A stretch of 64,000 bases of DNA from Thalassobaculaceae bacterium (GTDB lineage Bacteria; Pseudomonadota; Alphaproteobacteria; Thalassobaculales; Thalassobaculaceae), in contig OZ245843.1 in NCBI GenBank assembly GCA_965228875.1, forward strand, positions 912,616-976,615, read 5' to 3'. The position numbers were made by a program, and so were the translations under genes. Positions within the stretch are counted from its first letter, which is position 1. Each line of letters starts with the position of its first letter. This document shows positions 1-9,764 of this stretch, piece after piece. The notes beneath the pieces are model-generated. The model did not search any database. It saw only the letters and a program-made list of their open reading frames with translations, and was not told the DNA's origin.

Positions 1-476
1 TCTATTGGCGGACACGTGCCCGCGACAACGGCGAGGAAGCGCAAGACATGTGCCACTGAGACGGGAACCGGAAAACCCGTGCGATTCAGGGGGGTTCTGG
101 GGAGCGGGCGAGCGTGAGGCGCGTTCGATGTTATTGGAAATGATCGAATCTTTCGCACTGCAGCAGAGCGTGCCGAAATTTTGGGCATCCCTCGGCTCGC
201 GGATGATCGCCGGCCGTCGGACCCGGCCATTCGGAGTCGGTGCTCATCCGGATACGGTCGTGAGGAAACAGGTATTGCCTTGTCTGTTCATGATTAAGTC
301 GGAATTGGAATGAGTGCGCTGGCGTTCCGGGCACCAATTCCGCATCGGGAGAGAGGGCTGGCCTGTGTTTCGGCTGCTGCAAAGCCGCGGAGCCAGGATT
401 TTTTAAAAGATTGTTTCTGGTAAACGAATTTTCATTATGAGTGAATAAAATCAATTAGTTGAATGATCCTGGCCCG

Positions 477-491
477 TTAACTCCCCGTTAT
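477..491. promoter_or_regulatory. Near-consensus CtrA-type box (TTAA-N7-TTAT)
   Basis: TTAActccccgTTAT lies in an AT-rich region upstream of the MCP, one mismatch from TTAA-N7-TTAA. Confidence 0.4.
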
Positions 492-536
492 CGAAACCCG
501 CTCATGGTGCGCTCAGTTCATGGATTGGGGGTACAG

Positions 537-2249
537 ATGAAGTCTCTTTTCGGATTGCTGGCACGTGTCTCGGTCGCCGCAAAACTGACAGCCGTGGCGA
601 TCGCCACCGCCGTGGCTGTCGTCAGCCTTTCGGGCATCGCGCTCTACTACAGCTACTATCAGCTCCGCAGCGACCGGATCGATGTCGCGAAGGCGGCGGT
701 CGAGATGACCCTGTCGTTCGCGGAGGCGATGTATGCGCGGGCCGATGCCGGCGAGTTCAGCGAGGAAGAGGCCTTCGCCCGGGTGCGGGACTACGTCCAT
801 GGGGCGCGCTTCAACGGCAGCGACTACGTGTTCGCATACAGCCTCGAAGGCGTAAACCGGATTCACCCGATCATTCGCGACATGGTCGGCAAGCCACGGA
901 TCGACGCGACGGACAAGAAGGGCTTCCGCTACATGCGGGCGATGACCGAGGGGGTCAAGAAGAACGGCTCCACCATCGTCGAGTACCACTGGCCCAAGCC
1001 CGACACCACGGAGGTCGTCCAGAAGTTCAGCTACGCCGCAAGCTTCCCGCGGGAGAACATGTTCTTCGGCGCCGGCGTGTATGTGGACGACATCAACACG
1101 ATCTTCCTGGATCAGGCGATCGTCCTCGGATTGACCGGAGGCGTCATCCTGATCGTCGTGCTGGGGCTGACGACCCTTACCATCGTCGACCTGAGGAGAT
1201 CGATCCGCGGGCTCGGGACCTGGATGCACGCCCTTGCCGATGGCGAACTCGAACACGCGCCGACGGGCGCCGATCGCAAGGACGAGATCGGCGCGATGGC
1301 CCGGACGGTGGAGGTGTTCCGGCAGACCGCCGTGGAGAAGGTCGACAGGGCCCGCCAGGAAGAAATCGAACGTCAGGCCGAGCTTGAGCGGGCGAGGCAG
1401 ATGCTAGCACTCGCCGATGGCCTGGACTCCAAGATCGCCACGATCGCCGGTGAACTCGGTGAGAGTCTGCAGAACGTGACCGGCCGCATCACCACCCTGC
1501 GCGACGTCACCGATTCGGCGCGGTCCGTGAGCGAGGACGCGTCGGCGGCGACGCAGCAGACCACCGCCAACATGCAGTCGGTGGCGGCGGCTTCGGACGA
1601 GATGAGCGCGACGTCCTCGGAGATCAGCAGGCAGGTCACCCTGTCCACCGAGGTCGTGGGCGAGGCGGGCGATACGGCGTCGGCGGCCGCCGACCAGGTC
1701 GCGCGCCTGTCGGAGTCCGCTGACAAGATCGGTCAGGTCGTCGGTCTGATCACCGAGATCGCCGAACAGACCAACCTGCTCGCCCTGAACGCGACCATTG
1801 AAGCGGCCAGGGCCGGCGACGCCGGCAAGGGGTTCGCCGTCGTCGCGTCGGAGGTGAAGAGCCTGGCCACCCAGACGGCGAAGGCGACGGACGAGATCTC
1901 TGGACAGATCTCGGCGAACCAGTCCCTCATCCGGGAGACGGTGCAGGCGATCTCCCGCATCAACGAGATCATCGGCCGGGTCCGTGACGCTTCGACCTCC
2001 ATCGCCAGCGCGGTCGAGGAGCAGAACGCTTCGCTTGGTGAAATCGCCAGCAACGTTCAGCAGGTGGCCAGCGCCTCCGACGAGGTCGGCCGCAAGCTGC
2101 ATGACGTCGCGGACGGCGCCCGCCGCGGGGCCGAGGCGACGGAGGAGATCGCGGTGCTGGGAACCGAACTCGACCGTCTCTCCGGCACCCTGCGTTCGAC
2201 CGTTGACGGCATCGTCGGCGAAATCCGCTCCATGACCAGGGCCGCGTGA
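537..2249 (+). CDS. Methyl-accepting chemotaxis protein (TM-sCache_2-TM-HAMP-MA)
   Basis: Contains the MA signature [37 protein letters not shown], a Cache-type DYVFAY...HP...D.KG segment and a HAMP motif [13 protein letters not shown] at 537 preferred over TTG at 459. Confidence 0.93.
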   Translation: MKSLFGLLARVSVAAKLTAVAIATAVAVVSLSGIALYYSYYQLRSDRIDVAKAAVEMTLSFAEAMYARADAGEFSEEEAFARVRDYVHGARFNGSDYVFAYSLEGVNRIHPIIRDMVGKPRIDATDKKGFRYMRAMTEGVKKNGSTIVEYHWPKPDTTEVVQKFSYAASFPRENMFFGAGVYVDDINTIFLDQAIVLGLTGGVILIVVLGLTTLTIVDLRRSIRGLGTWMHALADGELEHAPTGADRKDEIGAMARTVEVFRQTAVEKVDRARQEEIERQAELERARQMLALADGLDSKIATIAGELGESLQNVTGRITTLRDVTDSARSVSEDASAATQQTTANMQSVAAASDEMSATSSEISRQVTLSTEVVGEAGDTASAAADQVARLSESADKIGQVVGLITEIAEQTNLLALNATIEAARAGDAGKGFAVVASEVKSLATQTAKATDEISGQISANQSLIRETVQAISRINEIIGRVRDASTSIASAVEEQNASLGEIASNVQQVASASDEVGRKLHDVADGARRGAEATEEIAVLGTELDRLSGTLRSTVDGIVGEIRSMTRAA

Positions 2250-2272
2250 TCGGTCCCCGACCTGCAACCGAT

Positions 2273-2301
2273 CAGCCGTCCGGTCCGTGACCGGGCGGCT
2301 G
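2273..2301 (+). terminator. GC-rich stem-loop after the MCP
   Basis: cagccgtccggtc-cgt-gaccgggcggctg inverted repeat, with no strong U-tract. Confidence 0.35.
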
Positions 2302-2415
2302 GCGTTCCGACGCGGCCCTTGGGCGCTTTTCGCCGCACCATCGGTCGTGTACGACTCCCGTCATCAAGCGGCCGGCCGAGCATGTCGGGCGCATCTGTCT
2401 GTTCGGGAGAACGCC

Positions 2416-3372
2416 ATGAAGTTCGTCAAGTCGCTGGCGGTTGCCGGCCTCGCGCTCGCCCTGTCGGCCACGGCCGCTTCGGCCGAGACCCGTGTCACCT
2501 ACAAGTCGGCCAAGTCCACGTCTTCCTACTATCAGATGGCCGTGCAGATCGCCGAGGCGATGAAGGCCGGCTCCGATGGCGGCATCATCGTCACCGTCGA
2601 GGAGAGCCAGGGCTCTGTCCAGAACGTGATGGAGACCATCGCCCGCAAGGGCAACTACGTGTTCACCACGCCGCCGGTCCTGGTGTCCCTCGCCCAGGGC
2701 GGCAAGGCGATGTTCAAGGGCAAGGAGAACGCACGGTTCGACGAGATCCGCGCCCTGTTTCCGATCCCGTCGCTGACCATGCACTTTGTGCTGCGCGCCG
2801 ATGCCGGGGTGTCGAGCTTCGCCGATCTCGAAGGCAAGTCGCTGCTGATCGGCAAGGGGTCGTTCGGCGCCCGCGAGGGCGAGAAGTACCTCAAGCTGTT
2901 CGGACTGGAAGGCAAGGTCACGCTCGCCGACGTGGAACTGTCCAACGCCGTTCCCGCCCTCAAGAACGGCCAGATCGACGGCTTCGTGACCGCCGGTTCC
3001 TATCCGGCTCCGAACGTGATCGAAGCGGCGGCCAGCACCGGCGTCACCGTGCTGTCGCTGACCGACGAGCAGATCGCCCAGACCAAGCGGGCCAAGCTTG
3101 TGATCCCGGCGGGCACCTATGCCGGCCAGGACGCCGACATCGTGACCACCTCGCTGCCGGTGGTCGCCTATTCGACGACCGACATGGACGACGATACCGC
3201 TTATGCGCTGGCCAAGACCTTCTGGGAGCAGAAGGCGAAGATGGGCAAGGACGCGGCGTGGTGGAACGGCGTGGATCAGGGCCTGATGGCCAATATCACC
3301 GGCAAGATCCATCCGGGTGCCGTCCGGTACTACGAGGAACAGGGTTTCGCGCTGACCGCCGCGCAGAAGTAA
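2416..3372 (+). CDS. TAXI-family TRAP transporter substrate-binding protein
   Basis: Signal peptide (ALSATAASA), ESQGSVQN motif, and C-terminal HPGAVRYYEE. RBS GGAG precedes ATG 2416. Confidence 0.9.
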   Translation: MKFVKSLAVAGLALALSATAASAETRVTYKSAKSTSSYYQMAVQIAEAMKAGSDGGIIVTVEESQGSVQNVMETIARKGNYVFTTPPVLVSLAQGGKAMFKGKENARFDEIRALFPIPSLTMHFVLRADAGVSSFADLEGKSLLIGKGSFGAREGEKYLKLFGLEGKVTLADVELSNAVPALKNGQIDGFVTAGSYPAPNVIEAAASTGVTVLSLTDEQIAQTKRAKLVIPAGTYAGQDADIVTTSLPVVAYSTTDMDDDTAYALAKTFWEQKAKMGKDAAWWNGVDQGLMANITGKIHPGAVRYYEEQGFALTAAQK

Positions 3373-3392
3373 CCGTCTGTCCACGACCCCGG

Positions 3393-3420
3393 CCGGCCCG
3401 AGCGCGCGCGTTCGGGCCGG
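3393..3420 (+). other. Intergenic stem-loop between the binding-protein and permease genes (probable mRNA stabiliser or partial terminator)
   Basis: ccggcccga...tcgggccgg forms a perfect 9-bp stem. Confidence 0.5.
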
Positions 3421-3439
3421 TCCGCTTTGCGGTGATCCG

Positions 3440-5203
3440 ATGACGCTTCCCGCCCGCCTGATCTGGACCGCGCTCGGCGCGGTTTCGATCGGCTTCCATC
3501 TCTGGCTGATCTTCTCCGGCCTGGTGCCCAATCTGGTCAGCCGGCCGCTTCACATGGCCCTGGCGCTGCCCTGGGCGATGCTGTTCATCGCCCGCGGCCG
3601 CGCCGAGCGGATCAGCGGTGCCGCTCTCGGGGTCGTCGGGCTCGCCGCCTGCCTGTGGGTCGTCGTCAACGAGGACGCGCTGTCTGACCAGTACGGGTTC
3701 CTGGAGGGGGATTTTCAGGTGGCCGTCGCCGCCGCCCTGCTGGTCGTGGTGCTGGAGATGGCGCGCCGGGCGATCGGCTGGCCGCTGCCGCTGGTGGCGC
3801 TGGCGGCGCTGCTGTACGGCCTGTTCGGCGAGGCGATCCCCGGCGAGTTCGGCCATCCGGGGACACCGCTTGCTAGCTTCCTTGGCACCCTGACCATCGC
3901 CGAGGGCGGGTTGTGGGGCAGCCTGACCGGCGTGTCGGTGAACATCGTCGCCATCTTCGTGATCTTCGGCGCCGTCCTGAACGCCGGCGAGGCGGGGCAG
4001 GGGTTCATGAACGTGGCGGCGGCCGCGGCCGGCCGGCTGCGCGGGGGCGCGGCCAAGGTCTCGGTCATCTCCTCCGCCCTGTTCGGCTCGATCTCCGGCT
4101 CGGCCTCGGCCAACGTTGCCTCGACCGGCGCCATTACACTGCCGACGATGCTGAAGCTCGGCTATCCCCGCTCGCTCGCCGCCGCGGTGGAGGCGGTTGC
4201 GTCCTCCGGTGGCCAGATCATGCCGCCGCTGATGGGGGCCGGCGCCTTTGTCATGGTCGAGCTCACCGGCACGCCCTACACCGGGATCATGGCGGCGGCC
4301 CTGTTGCCGGCGATCCTGTACTTTCTCGCCGTGTGGGTGGGGATCGACGGGTTCTCGCGGCGCCACGACCTTAAGGGGCTGGACGCCGACCAGCGGCCGT
4401 CGGCCCGCTCGGTGGCCGTGACGTCGGCGTTCTTCCTGGTCCCGTTCTCGGTGCTCCTGTGGGGCATGTTCGCCGCCGGCGTCACCCCGCAATACGCCGC
4501 GTGCCTGGCGATCCTCGCCGGCGCCGTTCTGCTGCTGGTCGACGGCCGCCTGAGCTTCGACCTCGAACGAACGGTCGCGCGTGTCGAACAGGCCTGCATG
4601 GGCGCCGGCAAGCAGATCGCGACCATCGCCTCCATCATCCTGTGCGCCTCGATCATCATCGGCGTTCTGGGCATCACCGGGCTCGGCGTGAAGATCACCT
4701 CGTTGATCCTGTCGGGCTCCGGCGGGGCGCTGTGGCCGGCGCTGCTGTTGACGGCGCTCGCCTGTCTGGTGCTGGGCATGGAGGTGCCGACGACGGCGGC
4801 CTACGTCATCTGCGTGTCGGTGGCGGGGCCGGCGCTGATCGAACTCGGCCTCACGCCGCTGCAGGCGCATCTCTTCGTGTTCTGGTTCGCGCTGCTGAGC
4901 ACCATCACCCCGCCGGTCTGCGGGGCGGTCTTCATCGCCGCCGGCATGGTGGAGGAGAACTGGCTCAAGGTGGCCGGCCACGCCATGGCGCTGGGACTCG
5001 GGCTGTATCTGATCCCGCTCGCCATGATCGCCAATCCGGATCTGATCGCGTTGGAGACGGCGCCGCAGGCAGCGCTGCTCGCGGCCGTCAAGGTGGCGCT
5101 GGGGCTCGCGGCGGTGTCCTTCGCGGTGATCGCGCCGGGCCGCCACGCACTTCGGCTGACGCTGCTGGTGCTCGGGGGCGGTCTTCTCTTCTACCCCGTG
5201 TAA
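3440..5203 (+). CDS. TRAP transporter fused permease (4TM/12TM, TAXI type)
   Basis: Highly hydrophobic, with motifs GSISGSASANVASTG, EAVASSGGQIMPPLMGAGAF, LGMEVPTTAAY and ITPPV. Confidence 0.92.
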   Translation: MTLPARLIWTALGAVSIGFHLWLIFSGLVPNLVSRPLHMALALPWAMLFIARGRAERISGAALGVVGLAACLWVVVNEDALSDQYGFLEGDFQVAVAAALLVVVLEMARRAIGWPLPLVALAALLYGLFGEAIPGEFGHPGTPLASFLGTLTIAEGGLWGSLTGVSVNIVAIFVIFGAVLNAGEAGQGFMNVAAAAAGRLRGGAAKVSVISSALFGSISGSASANVASTGAITLPTMLKLGYPRSLAAAVEAVASSGGQIMPPLMGAGAFVMVELTGTPYTGIMAAALLPAILYFLAVWVGIDGFSRRHDLKGLDADQRPSARSVAVTSAFFLVPFSVLLWGMFAAGVTPQYAACLAILAGAVLLLVDGRLSFDLERTVARVEQACMGAGKQIATIASIILCASIIIGVLGITGLGVKITSLILSGSGGALWPALLLTALACLVLGMEVPTTAAYVICVSVAGPALIELGLTPLQAHLFVFWFALLSTITPPVCGAVFIAAGMVEENWLKVAGHAMALGLGLYLIPLAMIANPDLIALETAPQAALLAAVKVALGLAAVSFAVIAPGRHALRLTLLVLGGGLLFYPV

Positions 5204-5298
5204 CCCCGGACCGGAGACCGTCGGGCATTCCGCGCATTCCCGCGCCGCAGGTGGCGGGCTACGCTTTCCGTCTGGACCCGACGGGAGGAGCGACGGCC

Positions 5299-6807
5299 AT
5301 GAAGATCCTGATGGCGATGATGCAGCACGAGACCAACACCTTTTCGCTGGTGCCGACGCCGCTCGGCCGGTTCTCGCGCGGCAATCCGGCCGGCGTGCCC
5401 TGGGAGGGCGAGGCGGCGATCAAGGCGTTCAAGGGCACGGGCTCGGCGCTCGGCGCCTATATCGAGATCTGCGAGGCCGAGGGGATCGACTACGTCCTGC
5501 CGCTCGCCGCCATGGCCTGGCCGAGCGGGCCGGTCGAGGACGCCGCCTACGACTACATGACGGGGAATATCTGCGACGCCGTCGCCGCCGAGAAGCCGGA
5601 CGCGATCCTGCTGCACCTGCATGGCGCGATGGTCACCGAGAGCCTGGAGGACGGGGAGGGGCCGCTGGTTGCCCGGGTGCGGAACCTGGCACCGGACACG
5701 CCGATTGGTGTGACCCTGGACATGCACACCAACATGTACCCGGACATCGTCGAGAACGCGGACGTGGTCGCCGGCTACCAGACCTATCCCCATGTCGACG
5801 TCTACGAGACCGGCCGGCGCACGGCCCTGCCGATCCTGGCGATGCTGCGGGGGGCCGCGAGGCCGACCATGGCCTGGGGCAACCGGCCGATGCTGCCGCA
5901 CGTGATGCGCCAGGGCACCGACGACTTCCCGAACAAGCAGATCCAGGAACTGGCCCAGAAGATGGAGGCCGACGGCGCGCTCTGCGCCAGCTTCTTCACC
6001 GGCTTTCCCCACGCCGACATCCGGCTCGCCGGCTCCAGCGCCGTCGTCGTCACCGATGGCGATCCGGAGGGCGCCAAGCGCATGGTCGACGAACTGCTCG
6101 ACATGGCCTGGCGGGAACGGCGGGCCTTCGTCTACGAGATCGAGCCGCTGGAGGAGTCGCTGAAGCGGGCCGAGACCATGAAGGCGGACGGCCCGATCGT
6201 CCTGCTCGACCACTACGACAACGCGGCCTCCGGCGGATCGATGGACACCATGACGGTGCTCAAGGGCATCCTGGACGCCGGGCTGGAGGATGTCGCCGCC
6301 TTCGCGGTCTGCGATCCGGCGGCGGTGCAGACCATGATCGCCGCGGGGATCGGCAACGAGGTGACGGTCTCCCTCGGCGGCAAGACCGACATGCCGTCGA
6401 TTGGCCGCACCGGCGAGCCGCTGGAGGTCAGCGGGCGGGTCAAGCTCATCTCCGACGGGCGCTTCCGCAACGTCGGACCCATGGGCCGCGGTGTGCTCAA
6501 CGCCATGGGGCCGACCGTGGTGCTGGACACTGGCAAGGTGGAGATCGTCGTCACCTCGACCCAGCAGGAGCCGAACGACACCGCCGCCTTCACCTCGCTC
6601 GGCATCGACCCGCGTGCCAAGCGCTACCTGATGCTAAAGAGCCGCATCCACTGGCGCGCCGGCTTCCGCGACATCGCCGCGGAGACCGTGGAGTGCGCCG
6701 GTGTGGGGGTCTGCACCTCCGACTACTCGATGCTGAACTTCGAGACGGTGCGCCGGCCGATCTTCCCGCTGGACGAGGACCTGCAGCCGGTCTCGGTCAC
6801 GCAGTAA
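5299..6807 (+). CDS. M81 family metallopeptidase (MlrC-like)
   Basis: Motifs HETNTF, LHLHGAM, LDMHTN, YQTYPHVD and KSRIHWRAGF. RBS GGAGG precedes ATG 5299. Confidence 0.9.
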   Translation: MKILMAMMQHETNTFSLVPTPLGRFSRGNPAGVPWEGEAAIKAFKGTGSALGAYIEICEAEGIDYVLPLAAMAWPSGPVEDAAYDYMTGNICDAVAAEKPDAILLHLHGAMVTESLEDGEGPLVARVRNLAPDTPIGVTLDMHTNMYPDIVENADVVAGYQTYPHVDVYETGRRTALPILAMLRGAARPTMAWGNRPMLPHVMRQGTDDFPNKQIQELAQKMEADGALCASFFTGFPHADIRLAGSSAVVVTDGDPEGAKRMVDELLDMAWRERRAFVYEIEPLEESLKRAETMKADGPIVLLDHYDNAASGGSMDTMTVLKGILDAGLEDVAAFAVCDPAAVQTMIAAGIGNEVTVSLGGKTDMPSIGRTGEPLEVSGRVKLISDGRFRNVGPMGRGVLNAMGPTVVLDTGKVEIVVTSTQQEPNDTAAFTSLGIDPRAKRYLMLKSRIHWRAGFRDIAAETVECAGVGVCTSDYSMLNFETVRRPIFPLDEDLQPVSVTQ

Positions 6808-8164
6808 GAAGGGCGGACACGGCCGCGCGGTAGCGGGCGCGGATCGCGTCGCGCTGCGGATGACGGCTGCCACGGACGACGTGGCGGCCGGCCGACCAGA
6901 CATCGGTCACGACGCCGTCGCCGGCGGCGAAGCTCAGGCCGTCCAGCAGCTGGTCGTCGCTCAGGGCGCAGAGCGTCGGGTCGTTCGTGTCGATGGCCAC
7001 GAGATCGGCGAGCTTCCCTTCGCAGATGGTGCCGGCGTCGCGGCCGATCGCCCGTGCGCCGCCACTGGCAGCCCCCAGATAGAGCGTTTCGCCGACCGAA
7101 CCTTCGCCCGACGGCGGGACCAGCACGTTACGGGCGCGGTCGCGCAGGCGCTGGGAATACTCGAGCGTTCGCAACTCCTCGCCGAGCGCGATACGGACGT
7201 TGGAGTCGGATCCGATCCCAAAGGCACCACCGCTGACTAGATAGTGCGGACCCTCGAAGATGCCGTCGCCGAGATTGGCCTCGGTGATCGGGCAGAGGCC
7301 AGCGACCGATCCGCGCCGCGCCACCCCGGCGGTTTCGTCCGGCGTCATGTGGGTGGCGTGGATCAGACACCAGCGCTCGTCCACCGGATGGTTGTCCAGC
7401 AGCCATTCGACCGGCCGGGCGCCGAGCCAGTTCCGGATCTGCTCGACCTCGGCGGTCTGTTCGGCGATGTGGATGTGCACCGGCCCCTCCGGATGGGCCG
7501 AGACGGTAGCCGCAAGTTCCTCCGGCGCCGTTGCGCGCAGCGAGTGCGGGGCGATGCCGATAGCCGCATCCGAGGGCAGGGAAGAGAGAGCTCCCTTGGC
7601 TGCTTCGACCAGCCGGGTGTACCGATCGGGCGTGTTGGCGAAGCGGTGCTGGCCGCCGGCCACCGGCTGCCGCCCGGCACCGCCATAGGTGTACAGCACC
7701 GGCAGGAGGGTGAGGCCGATCCCCGTGCGCTCGGCGGCGGCGGCGATGCGCGCGGCCATCTCGGCGAGGTCGTCATAGGGCGTGCCGTCCGGCTGGTGAT
7801 GGAGGTAGTGGAACTCGCCGACCGAGGCATAGCCGGCCTCCAGCATCTCCAGGAAGACCTGGGCCGCGATCGCCTCGATCTGGTCGGGAGTGATGCGTTC
7901 CAGGAAGCCGTACATCAGGGTGCGCCAGGTCCAGAAACTGTCCTGTCCGGCCTGGCGCCGCTCCGTCATGCCGGCCATGGCGCGCTGGAAGGCGTGGCTG
8001 TGCAGGTTGGCGAGGGCCGGCAGCAGCGCGTCGACCCGCACGCTCGTGGCGGTCGGAGAGGAGCGGGGCGCGACCGTCGCGATCCGCCCTCCGGAAACGG
8101 AAACGCTGACGTCGTGCGCCCAGCCCTCGGGCAGACGGGCGCGGCGGGCGAAGATCTCCGTCAT
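6797..8164 (-). CDS. hutF: Formimidoylglutamate deiminase
   Basis: Motifs NLHSHAFQRAMAG, SFWTWR, GEFHYLHH, APHSLRA, HIHIAEQ and CPITEANLGDG. Confidence 0.9.
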   Translation of the reverse strand: MTEIFARRARLPEGWAHDVSVSVSGGRIATVAPRSSPTATSVRVDALLPALANLHSHAFQRAMAGMTERRQAGQDSFWTWRTLMYGFLERITPDQIEAIAAQVFLEMLEAGYASVGEFHYLHHQPDGTPYDDLAEMAARIAAAAERTGIGLTLLPVLYTYGGAGRQPVAGGQHRFANTPDRYTRLVEAAKGALSSLPSDAAIGIAPHSLRATAPEELAATVSAHPEGPVHIHIAEQTAEVEQIRNWLGARPVEWLLDNHPVDERWCLIHATHMTPDETAGVARRGSVAGLCPITEANLGDGIFEGPHYLVSGGAFGIGSDSNVRIALGEELRTLEYSQRLRDRARNVLVPPSGEGSVGETLYLGAASGGARAIGRDAGTICEGKLADLVAIDTNDPTLCALSDDQLLDGLSFAAGDGVVTDVWSAGRHVVRGSRHPQRDAIRARYRAAVSALLTA

Positions 8165-8168
8165 GGTG

Positions 8169-8933
8169 TCAGCGCCGTTCGTGAAATGGTTCCGCGCGCG
8201 GCCGGCGCTCGAAGATCACCATGGAGTCGTAGATCAGAATGGCATGGGTCTCGGCGGCGAAGCGGTTGGTGTTCAGCACGCCCGAGCGTGCGTCCGGGGG
8301 GGTGCCGTAGCGGTCGAAGAACAGGCTCTCATTGTGATACGGAGTATGAAGAACATCCATCAACTTCTTTGTATATCGAAGAAAAGTAACATCGTCCCCG
8401 GCATCCTTGTAGCGTTCCCAATAGCTGGTGTGGGTATCCTCGCAGATGAAGACCCCATCTTCCGCCATGCCGGGATAAAGGAAATTGAAGGTCTCGATCT
8501 GCTGCAGCGCGGTGTGCCCGCCGTCGTCGATGATCACGTCGAACGGCCCGAACTCATCCTCGAGCGCCGCCAGGAAGCCGGTGTCCCTCTGGTCGCCGAC
8601 GCGGATGTGGATGTTGGGCACGCGACCGTCGAACCTGGCGACCTCCGGATCGATATCGACACCGACGATGATGGCCTGGTCACCGAAATAGGAGGCCCAC
8701 ATCGCCGGCGAGCCACCGAACTGCACGCCGATCTCCAGCATCCTCAGCGGCTTGCCGCGGTAGCGCGAGAGATGGCGCTCATAGGCGTCGAAATAGTGAT
8801 GCCAGCGGTGGATCCGCCCATTGTGGCCGCCGAGATAGAGGTCGTAGAGCGGGCCGCTCGACTGGGCCGCTTCCTTGGCCAGCGGCACGGGATCGTCGAG
8901 GCGTTTCCGGTCGGGCACTGCTGCTGCTCCCAC
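8169..8933 (-). CDS. Class I SAM-dependent methyltransferase, MycE/ElmMI-like (copy 3 in transcription order)
   Basis: Motifs RWHHYFDAYERH, LEIGVQFGGS, GDQ, IIDDGGH and CEDTHTSYW. Confidence 0.85.
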   Translation of the reverse strand: MGAAAVPDRKRLDDPVPLAKEAAQSSGPLYDLYLGGHNGRIHRWHHYFDAYERHLSRYRGKPLRMLEIGVQFGGSPAMWASYFGDQAIIVGVDIDPEVARFDGRVPNIHIRVGDQRDTGFLAALEDEFGPFDVIIDDGGHTALQQIETFNFLYPGMAEDGVFICEDTHTSYWERYKDAGDDVTFLRYTKKLMDVLHTPYHNESLFFDRYGTPPDARSGVLNTNRFAAETHAILIYDSMVIFERRPRAEPFHERR

Positions 8934-8963
8934 TGGTGAAGGGGACCCGCCGATGCTCGGGGG

Positions 8964-9719
8964 TCAGTTGAACTCGAAATACGGTTCGACGCGCGGCTGC
9001 CGTTCGAAGACGATGATGGAGTCGTAGAAGTGGATCGACCTGGTCTCAGCCGCGAACCTGGATGTGGTGATGTGACCCTGACGCTGTTCCGGCGGGACGT
9101 TGAAGCGCTGGTTCAGGAGGTCGTGGGACCCGTAGATCGCGTGCAACTCGTGCAACAGGGCGATCGAGTTCTTCATCATGCTCACGCCCGGGCCGGCGTC
9201 CTGAAAGGCCTCGAAATAGCTCGTATGGGTGTCTTCGCAGAGATAAACGCCGTCGGCCGTCATTTCGGGATAGAGGAAGTTGAAGCTGGTGATCTGCTGG
9301 CGCGCCGTATGGCCGCCATCGTCGATGATCACGTCGAAGGGACCGAACTCGCGTTCGACCTCGGCGAGGAAGGTCGTGTCCGCCTGGTCCCCCACGCGGA
9401 CGTGGATGTTGGGCGCGATGCCGTCGAACCGGGCGCAGGCCGACTGGATGTCGATGCCGACGACGGTCGACAGCGGCCCGAGATACTCGGACAGGACGCT
9501 GACGGAGCCTCCGGCCTTCACGCCGATCTCGAGCACCGTGACCGGGCGCTTTCGGAACCGGTTCAGGTGGTGTTCGTAGGCGGCGAAATAGTGATGCCAC
9601 TTGACGGAGCGGGTGCGGGGGTCGTGCCGCTCCTTGAACATCCGGAACATTTCGCCGGTCGGCGCGGCCGCCTCCGTGGGCAGGGCGACGCGGTCATTCA
9701 GCCGCTTTCTCTCGGGCAC
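8964..9719 (-). CDS. Class I SAM-dependent methyltransferase, MycE/ElmMI-like (copy 2)
   Basis: Motifs KWHHYFAAYEHH, LEIGVKAGGS, GDQ, IIDDGGH and CEDTHTSYF. GTG start follows GGAGG. Confidence 0.85.
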   Translation of the reverse strand: MPERKRLNDRVALPTEAAAPTGEMFRMFKERHDPRTRSVKWHHYFAAYEHHLNRFRKRPVTVLEIGVKAGGSVSVLSEYLGPLSTVVGIDIQSACARFDGIAPNIHVRVGDQADTTFLAEVEREFGPFDVIIDDGGHTARQQITSFNFLYPEMTADGVYLCEDTHTSYFEAFQDAGPGVSMMKNSIALLHELHAIYGSHDLLNQRFNVPPEQRQGHITTSRFAAETRSIHFYDSIIVFERQPRVEPYFEFN

Positions 9720-9764
9720 GTCTTCCTCCGGATCGGCGAAACGTCCGACCTCTGACCCTGGCGA

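Noticed and set aside
40..130. GCCACTG...GGGAA resembling a cobalamin riboswitch element
   Set aside because: The other conserved elements (B12 box, CCCGCAACTGT) are missing, and no B12-related gene follows.
4459..5298. Apparent N-terminal extensions or fusions in the ORF track (M81 from 4459, crotonase from 41053, dxr from 60523, CoxD from 34805, PNPOx from 23853)
   Set aside because: The extensions are Arg/Gly/Pro-rich off-frame readings of upstream genes. Plausible starts lie at the domain boundaries.
5299..6807. Microcystin degradation (mlr) cluster
   Set aside because: mlrA, mlrB and mlrD are absent, and M81 homologues are widespread without that role.
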